From assembly GCA_045106895.1 (NCBI GenBank), contig JBGCFM010000095.1, positions 1-12,011 of the forward strand: 12,011 nt of DNA. The letters are read 5' to 3'. How positions within the stretch are numbered: position 1 is the first letter of the stretch; each line of letters begins with the position of its first letter. Positions 6,923-12,011 of this stretch are shown here, in pieces. Both the position numbers and the translations under genes were made by a program. The stretch comes from Polyangiales bacterium. Lineage in GTDB: Bacteria; Myxococcota_A; Polyangia; Polyangiales; Houyiibacteriaceae. The notes under the pieces are model-generated. The model did no database searches. It was given only the letters and a program-made list of their open reading frames with translations, and had not been told where the DNA came from.

Positions 6923-8383
6923 CTATGGTGAAGATACGAGTGCCGTGGGCGCCAATTCCTTGGGATCGCCGTCGTTTCTGATGGCCGCGTACGACTCGAA
7001 GGCCAAAGCGGCCAAGACCAAGACGTACTCGGCGTGAATCGCCAGGGAGTTTTCCACCCAAAGACGGGCCTCGAGCCAGCCATCGAGGGGAATATAGGCG
7101 ACTAAAACCGCTGCAGACCAGACGAAGGCGCTCCAACGACGGCTCTGCGCTTCCAGCGGGAGAAGCCACAGAAGGTACCAAGGATGGACCTGGGGCGCGC
7201 AGAGGAGAGCTGCGAATACAAGGATTCGGGTGGCCCGGAGGGGCTCGACTTTCTTCCGAGCGAGCCAAAACGCAATGCCAAGGAGGCAAAGGAAGAGCGC
7301 GCCGCGGGTCAAAAAGGAGGAAAGAACCTGCGTGGCCATCATGGTTCTCTCGCCGATGGGCTTCTTTTCACGCTCGTAGGCATGCCAAGGGTCGAGGGCG
7401 CTGCCTTCCACCCACGCGAAGGGCGCCGCCATCGCGCCCACATCGATGCGCCCGGGCCCAACGCCGAAACACGCTTCGAGTCCGCTCCGTGTCAAACTCT
7501 CAAGCCAGCGATAGGGTCCGGCGTTTCCTTCCCAGCGACCGGCATAGTGGGAAAGGCCCGAGACTTCATCGTCGGCGTAGCCGGCGCGGGCCACGGGCAC
7601 GAGAAGCAGGAGCGAGAGCGCGATAGTGGCCGCCGCGACCTTGGGGCGCCGCACGAGGAGGAGCGGGAAGAACAAGAGGCCAATGAGTTTGAGGCCGACG
7701 GTGACGACGCAGGCCAGCCCAGCGCGCACGAAGCGCGCGTCGCGAAGGTTGAGCGCGAAGAGCAAAACGCCGGCGCCGACGAGGACGTCGAGATGAGCGC
7801 CGAGGGCGGACTCCATGAGCGCGAGGGGGTTGAGGCCGTACGCGAGGGCGGCTCGATGAGAGGCCGAAGTGGAGAGCTTGTAGGCCACGGCGACATGAGC
7901 GCCGAGGGCGAGTGCCTTGAAGGAGAGAGGGTGGTGAAACACGCCGTCTGCGATGACGAAAACGAACTGCGCGATGGGCGGATAGACCGTTGGGATCTCG
8001 GCGTGATTGACCCGGGACCACCACTCATCTCTGAACGCGGCGACGCCGGGACTGCTCGGCGCGTGGGCGTAGGGGTCTACGCCACTGAGGCTGATGTGTC
8101 CGTCCCAGAGAAAACGAAACACGTCATCGCTGAGGAGCGAAGGGACGAAGAGCGCAGGCAAACCCGCGCAGGCGACGACGAGACAAAGGGTTCGCGTGGA
8201 GAGAAGTTCCTCGCGCACAAGCACAAGGCCGCCGTAGGGGAGAAAGGCCGCGAGGAGCGCGAGGACGACGCTCGAGGGCGCGGCGCCGAAGGCACAGAGC
8301 GCCGACGTAGACCAGATGCAGCCGACCCAGGCGACGAGGAGGACGGCTCCCGCTTTGTTGCTGGGGACGGCTTTCTTACTCAA
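6923..8383 (-). CDS. Polytopic GT-C fold glycosyltransferase (GT87/DUF2029-like, lipid-phosphate sugar donor)
   Basis: LSDDVFRFLWDG acidic motif after the first TMs, GVDPY, TVYPP, NPL..E....H.D, VHPWYLLW, and many hydrophobic segments. The TTG start is uncertain. Confidence 0.85.
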   Translation of the reverse strand: MSKKAVPSNKAGAVLLVAWVGCIWSTSALCAFGAAPSSVVLALLAAFLPYGGLVLVREELLSTRTLCLVVACAGLPALFVPSLLSDDVFRFLWDGHISLSGVDPYAHAPSSPGVAAFRDEWWSRVNHAEIPTVYPPIAQFVFVIADGVFHHPLSFKALALGAHVAVAYKLSTSASHRAALAYGLNPLALMESALGAHLDVLVGAGVLLFALNLRDARFVRAGLACVVTVGLKLIGLLFFPLLLVRRPKVAAATIALSLLLLVPVARAGYADDEVSGLSHYAGRWEGNAGPYRWLESLTRSGLEACFGVGPGRIDVGAMAAPFAWVEGSALDPWHAYEREKKPIGERTMMATQVLSSFLTRGALFLCLLGIAFWLARKKVEPLRATRILVFAALLCAPQVHPWYLLWLLPLEAQSRRWSAFVWSAAVLVAYIPLDGWLEARLWVENSLAIHAEYVLVLAALAFESYAAIRNDGDPKELAPTALVSSP

Positions 8384-8401
8384 GGCGCCTCTGACGGAGC
8401 A

Positions 8402-9034
8402 CTACTCAACGGTGAACTGAACGACGTCGGCGGTTTCGTTGGGCGCGACGCGTTGGTTCCACGCTCCGATAACCTGGCCTCCGACGGCGACGCTGACCGT
8501 GGCGGTGGTGAGACCCGCGGACGAGTCGCACTCGAAGAGATAGTGCAGCTGGATCTTGTAGGTGCCATGCGGTGCTTCTTCGGCCCAGACGGCGTTCTCG
8601 AGGCGGTCGTGCGTTTGGCCTTCGCGGCACTCGCCGCGCGCGTCGTAGTCGAGGTGTCCGCCAGACTGGGAGCGCCGGCGCTGAAAGCTCAGCACCTCTT
8701 CGCTTGGGTCGATGACGTAGAGGTCGATGTCTGCGCCGCTGTTCCACGTAACGGTGACCTGAACGGGTCCAGTGCCCACTCCGCAACCTTCGTCGATGAC
8801 GCCATCGCAGTTGTCGTCGATGGCGTTGCACGCCTCCGCGGCGCCGGCGGCACACTCGACTTCGACGGCGGTAGCGCCAGCGCTCGGCGTGATGCCCGTA
8901 ACGCGAAGCGGCTCAGGGGCGGCTTCGACGATGGGGCCGGTGGAGGCCGAAGCCTGAAACTGAATGGTGCCCGTGCACGAAAAGCCAGCGAGAGCGAGGC
9001 ACACAAGGAGAGCGTGCGAGGGGCGGGGGAGCAT
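8402..9034 (-). CDS. Exported protein, probably a lipoprotein, with one MopE-like Cys/Asp metal-binding motif and a YfaP/DUF2135-like domain
   Basis: Signal-like MLPRPSHALLVCLALAGFSC (ATG 9034; lipobox non-canonical), EACNAIDDNCDGVIDEGC, then VTVTWNSGADIDLYVIDP..GGHLDYD..LEN..GTYKIQLHY. Confidence 0.8.
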   Translation of the reverse strand: MLPRPSHALLVCLALAGFSCTGTIQFQASASTGPIVEAAPEPLRVTGITPSAGATAVEVECAAGAAEACNAIDDNCDGVIDEGCGVGTGPVQVTVTWNSGADIDLYVIDPSEEVLSFQRRRSQSGGHLDYDARGECREGQTHDRLENAVWAEEAPHGTYKIQLHYLFECDSSAGLTTATVSVAVGGQVIGAWNQRVAPNETADVVQFTVE

Positions 9035-9169
9035 CTGGGAAGCGTTGCACAAAGGTGCGAGGGGGGAAACTCGGGGCTCTGTTCACGTTCTTGATGCGGA
9101 GTGTTAGCGTCTCGGACGGCATTCCCAAAGGGGGTACGCGCCCCCGATAACCCGTTGAATGGCAATCTA

Positions 9170-9694
9170 GTGCAGCCCGAACCTCTCAATATCCCGGTTC
9201 CCGAACAGAAGGACACGAGCAAGCGGAACAGGCGATGGGCCTTCGTCGCCGCGGGCTGTGGCTGTCTCCTGGTACTCATCCCCCTCTGCGCCGCCATCGC
9301 GATTCCCGCGTTCATCAGCTACGTAAAGCGCAGCAAGGCCGTCGAAGCGCCCGCCGAGCTTCGCTCCCTCGCGACGACGATCAGCAGCCGCTGCCAAGCC
9401 GGCGAAGACCTCAGCGGTTTACGAGCCGGACCACTCCCTGCGGCTCCAGGCAGCATCCAGAGCATTCCGGTCTGGCAGGCGGACCCAGGGTTTGCTCGCA
9501 TCGGCTGGCAAGCGAGTTCCTTGGTTCGCTACAGCTACCAGATCGAGCCCGCGGCTCATGACCCCGCCCAGCTGACGCTCAGAGCCCAAGGAGATCTGGA
9601 CGACGACGGAGTATTGTCCACGTATTCTCTCGCTTGTGACCTGCGAAACTGCGCGTGTGCGACGGCGCCGCAGATTACGAACGAACTCGAGTAG
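9170..9694 (+). CDS. Type IV pilin-like membrane protein without a class III signal peptide
   Basis: AAIAIPAFISYVKRSKAVEA matches the distal part of the pilin alpha-1 helix. VRYSY and AQGDLDDDG resemble deltaproteobacterial/myxobacterial pilin heads. Start uncertain (GTG 9170 or 9101). Confidence 0.78.
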   Translation: MQPEPLNIPVPEQKDTSKRNRRWAFVAAGCGCLLVLIPLCAAIAIPAFISYVKRSKAVEAPAELRSLATTISSRCQAGEDLSGLRAGPLPAAPGSIQSIPVWQADPGFARIGWQASSLVRYSYQIEPAAHDPAQLTLRAQGDLDDDGVLSTYSLACDLRNCACATAPQITNELE

Positions 9695-9735
9695 TGCTTC
9701 GCGCCGGCCGGCGACGAGATAGAGGCTTCGCTGCG

Positions 9736-10845
9736 CTACTCGCCGGACTTGCCGAGAAGGAGGGCGCGAACGTTGGTGCTCTTGGCGAGGCCGAAAAGCA
9801 CCGGCGGCACGGTGGCCCGCGCCGGGGCGACGGGACCCATCGCACCACTGTCGTTGAGCGCGCGCGCGCCGGGGCCGTCCAGGACGAGGTAAAGGTGCAC
9901 AAGCTTCTTTCCGGCGGAGTGCTCGGCCACGTCGACGATTCTCTTCCGGTCGAGGGAGAGCTCGGTGCCGCCGCGCCGAATGAGCAAGCGCGTGTCGGTC
10001 AGCACGTACTCACTGTCTTCGCCAAGTCGCCTTGGGTGAACGAGGCCGTGAAGGAGCAGCGAGATGCCGATGGCGACGATGCTCACCCATGAGACGAGCA
10101 CAGCGGAAAAGAGCAAGCCCCACTGCAGCGATTTGACCTGAAGCCCCAGGCCTTCGAGGTTCAGGAGGATGCCGATATTCGTCTGCGCGTAGAAGATCGA
10201 GAGCGCCGTCACCAGCACGCCGGCGGCGGCGATGAGCGCTTCACGCCAGCCGATATGGCGACCGAGGGGCCGGCCGCTCCAGGTGATCTTCTCGCCGATG
10301 TCGAGGCGCTCGACGAGAGGCTGCTGCGCGTCTCCGGCGCCCTCTTCGGCTTCCGCTCCGCGAATCATCGCCCAGAGACGATCGGGTTCACGAACGTCTT
10401 CGAGGAGAATACGCAGCTGGCGTTGCAGTGGACCAAAGGGCGTCGCAACGACAAGCTCCAGGTGTCCCACAACCGGCGACGCGCGGTGCCAGTGGATGCG
10501 TCCAAAGGTAATGCTGGCGCGATCGATGAATCGCTGACGTCGGCCGCGCTGAACGATGACGCGTCGATTGGTCACGGCGTACGCCACGCTCTCGAGGCGA
10601 TGCCGGGGCCAGACAAATGCGCCAATGGAAAGGGCCGCGCAGAACGCGCCCAGGGAGAGGACCTGGTGGCCGCCGCTCATATCGCTGGCGAACATGAGGC
10701 CTGCGAAGCACACGGCGACGATGGCGACGGCGCTCAAGAGAAGCGACGCCATGGCCCAAACGCGCGAACGAGCGACCTGCGCTGGCACACCTTCCCAGAG
10801 CACGCGCTCCGCCGGAAGAAGCTGCCATTTGGGTTCTTCGTTCAT
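9736..10845 (-). CDS. Membrane protein with two tandem (2 TM + bacterial PH-like) modules
   Basis: Internal duplication: LLPAERVLWEGVP-TM-TM-YAVTNRRVIVQRG and LDIGEKITWSGRP-TM-TM-YVLTDTRLLIRRG. Start placed at ATG 10845 (10872 and 10962 are alternatives). Confidence 0.82.
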   Translation of the reverse strand: MNEEPKWQLLPAERVLWEGVPAQVARSRVWAMASLLLSAVAIVAVCFAGLMFASDMSGGHQVLSLGAFCAALSIGAFVWPRHRLESVAYAVTNRRVIVQRGRRQRFIDRASITFGRIHWHRASPVVGHLELVVATPFGPLQRQLRILLEDVREPDRLWAMIRGAEAEEGAGDAQQPLVERLDIGEKITWSGRPLGRHIGWREALIAAAGVLVTALSIFYAQTNIGILLNLEGLGLQVKSLQWGLLFSAVLVSWVSIVAIGISLLLHGLVHPRRLGEDSEYVLTDTRLLIRRGGTELSLDRKRIVDVAEHSAGKKLVHLYLVLDGPGARALNDSGAMGPVAPARATVPPVLFGLAKSTNVRALLLGKSGE

Positions 10846-11079
10846 TCGGCTTCTATCAAGGTAGGGCGCCATACAGGGATCGACAACACCGGGGGAAGAA
10901 AGTTCTCCGCCGCTAGGGCGCAATAAAGTCTCGCCGCCTGAATTGGGGCGAAAGTCACGCACGGTCCTATTGCCCTAACTGAACGTGGACGACTTCGAGC
11001 CCAAGTCATCCATCAGTCAGTCCGCATCACGCAGGAGACGGGCTATGAACGTCGCAGCTCAGGTCGTATTGTCCTTCCC

Positions 11080-12011
11080 ATGACTCATAGGCCTCTCCGA
11101 CTCCCCGAAGCCCTCGGCATGTTTCCCATCGCGGAGCGCTTGAAGCAGGCACGGGTCACGCTCCAGGGAGAGGACGATGTCCCGCCGAGTCGCTTTGGAC
11201 TCTCCAGCTTCCGTATGTTGCGGCCTCGCTTGGCGCTCCCCCTTTGGCTCGGCAAGGCGCCGATTCCACGACGCGTGGTGCTCACCAATCTCTTCAACCA
11301 CCGCCAAACGCCGGCCTCCGAGGGCTGGTCTGTATTGCGCACGCAGGTCGAAGACTTCCGTGGGCGCGACCTGACCTACGACAGCCACAACGGCACGGAT
11401 TTGTGTATTCCCATCGGCACGCCGGTGCTTTCTCCGGCGCCTGGACGGGTGGTGCGCGTGGTCAATGAGTTCAACCGCGGCGGACTCAAGATCTTCGTCG
11501 ACCACGGCGATGGGCTGATGACCTGTTGCGCTCACTTGGGGCGAGCCCTCGTCACCGAAGGCGACGTTCTGTCGCGAGCGCAACCCATGGCCTTGTCGGG
11601 GTACTCGGGCATCGATGGGCTCACGACCTTTCCGTGGGGCGTTCCCCACGTGCACTTCAACACCTGGCTCAACGGCGAGCCCGTCGACCCTTTTCCCCGC
11701 GGCGATGAGGTCAGCCTGTGGAAGGAAGACTCCCCGCGCGCCCACGTCGGCGAGTGCAGTGAGGTTCAGCGCGACTCCGCGTATGACGAGGAACGCGTGA
11801 ACGCCGCCATTGCGTCGTGCAAGACAGCGCATGTGAGGCACACCCTTCGCGCCATCGATTCCCTCGGCGCCCGAGCCGCGCGCGTCATCATCGAGATGAA
11901 CTACTACCCGACGCGTTTCCCCAAGCGCGTGTCCGTGTACGCGAAGGAGCACGCGCGGAGTCCACGCCTCGACCTGCCCTTCCCCGCCGCGCTCTTTGAC
12001 GGCGTGACCTT
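11080..12011 (+). CDS. M23 family zinc metallopeptidase (3'-partial; not in the ORF track)
   Basis: Hand translation from ATG 11080 is open to the window end: MTHRPLRLPEALG...TYDSHNGTDLCIPIGTPVLSPAPGRV...IFVDHGDGLMTCCAHL...SGYSG...GVPHVHF...VDPF. HxxxD and HxH zinc motifs are intact. Confidence 0.92.
   Translation, partial: MTHRPLRLPEALGMFPIAERLKQARVTLQGEDDVPPSRFGLSSFRMLRPRLALPLWLGKAPIPRRVVLTNLFNHRQTPASEGWSVLRTQVEDFRGRDLTYDSHNGTDLCIPIGTPVLSPAPGRVVRVVNEFNRGGLKIFVDHGDGLMTCCAHLGRALVTEGDVLSRAQPMALSGYSGIDGLTTFPWGVPHVHFNTWLNGEPVDPFPRGDEVSLWKEDSPRAHVGECSEVQRDSAYDEERVNAAIASCKTAHVRHTLRAIDSLGARAARVIIEMNYYPTRFPKRVSVYAKEHARSPRLDLPFPAALFDGVT

Noticed and set aside
7184..9094. 636-aa plus-strand ORF, and other long antisense ORFs such as 4669-5505, 5752-6771 and 10255-10926
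   Set aside because: They lie opposite genes with clear family motifs and have no recognisable motifs themselves; such shadow ORFs are expected in high-GC DNA.
9130..9145. GGGGG-TACGCG-CCCCC hairpin in the divergent region
   Set aside because: Only a 5-bp stem with no U-tract; expected by chance at this GC content.
9160..9174. TGGCAATCTAGTGCA as a sigma54 promoter for the pilin-like gene
   Set aside because: Spacing is GG-N9-GC rather than the required GG-N10-GC, and it overlaps the likely start codon.
10951..10967. GTCACGCAC resembles the 5' end of a c-di-GMP-I riboswitch
   Set aside because: The conserved core (GGCAAACC, GNRA loop, GACGCAAA, tetraloop receptor) does not follow.
11059..11952. 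297-aa minus-strand ORF from the track
   Set aside because: It is the antisense shadow of the plus-strand M23 peptidase, which carries intact catalytic motifs.

Overview
GC-rich chromosomal window, probably from a myxobacterium (Myxococcota; inferred from the membrane Ser/Thr kinase with low-complexity linkers, the MopE-like motif and the pilin style). It holds: the 3' end of glmS (+); a convergent, soluble three-PAS histidine kinase coupled to a single-domain response regulator (-); rplU-rpmA with a sigma70-like promoter and intrinsic terminator but no obgE behind it; a minus-strand run of YfaP/MopE-like exported protein, GT-C (GT87-like) glycosyltransferase, atypical transmembrane Ser/Thr kinase-TPR and a basic hypothetical protein; a divergent pilin-like gene lacking the prepilin cleavage motif; a tandem bPH-like membrane protein; and an M23 peptidase (absent from the ORF track because it runs off the window) preceded by a possible 12-codon coupled leader ORF. 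I found no mobile element, CRISPR array or RNA gene. I cannot demonstrate a new system. The best leads are the non-canonical pilin, the degenerate kinase and the cell-envelope cluster around them. All domain calls are from motif recognition by eye, not database searches.
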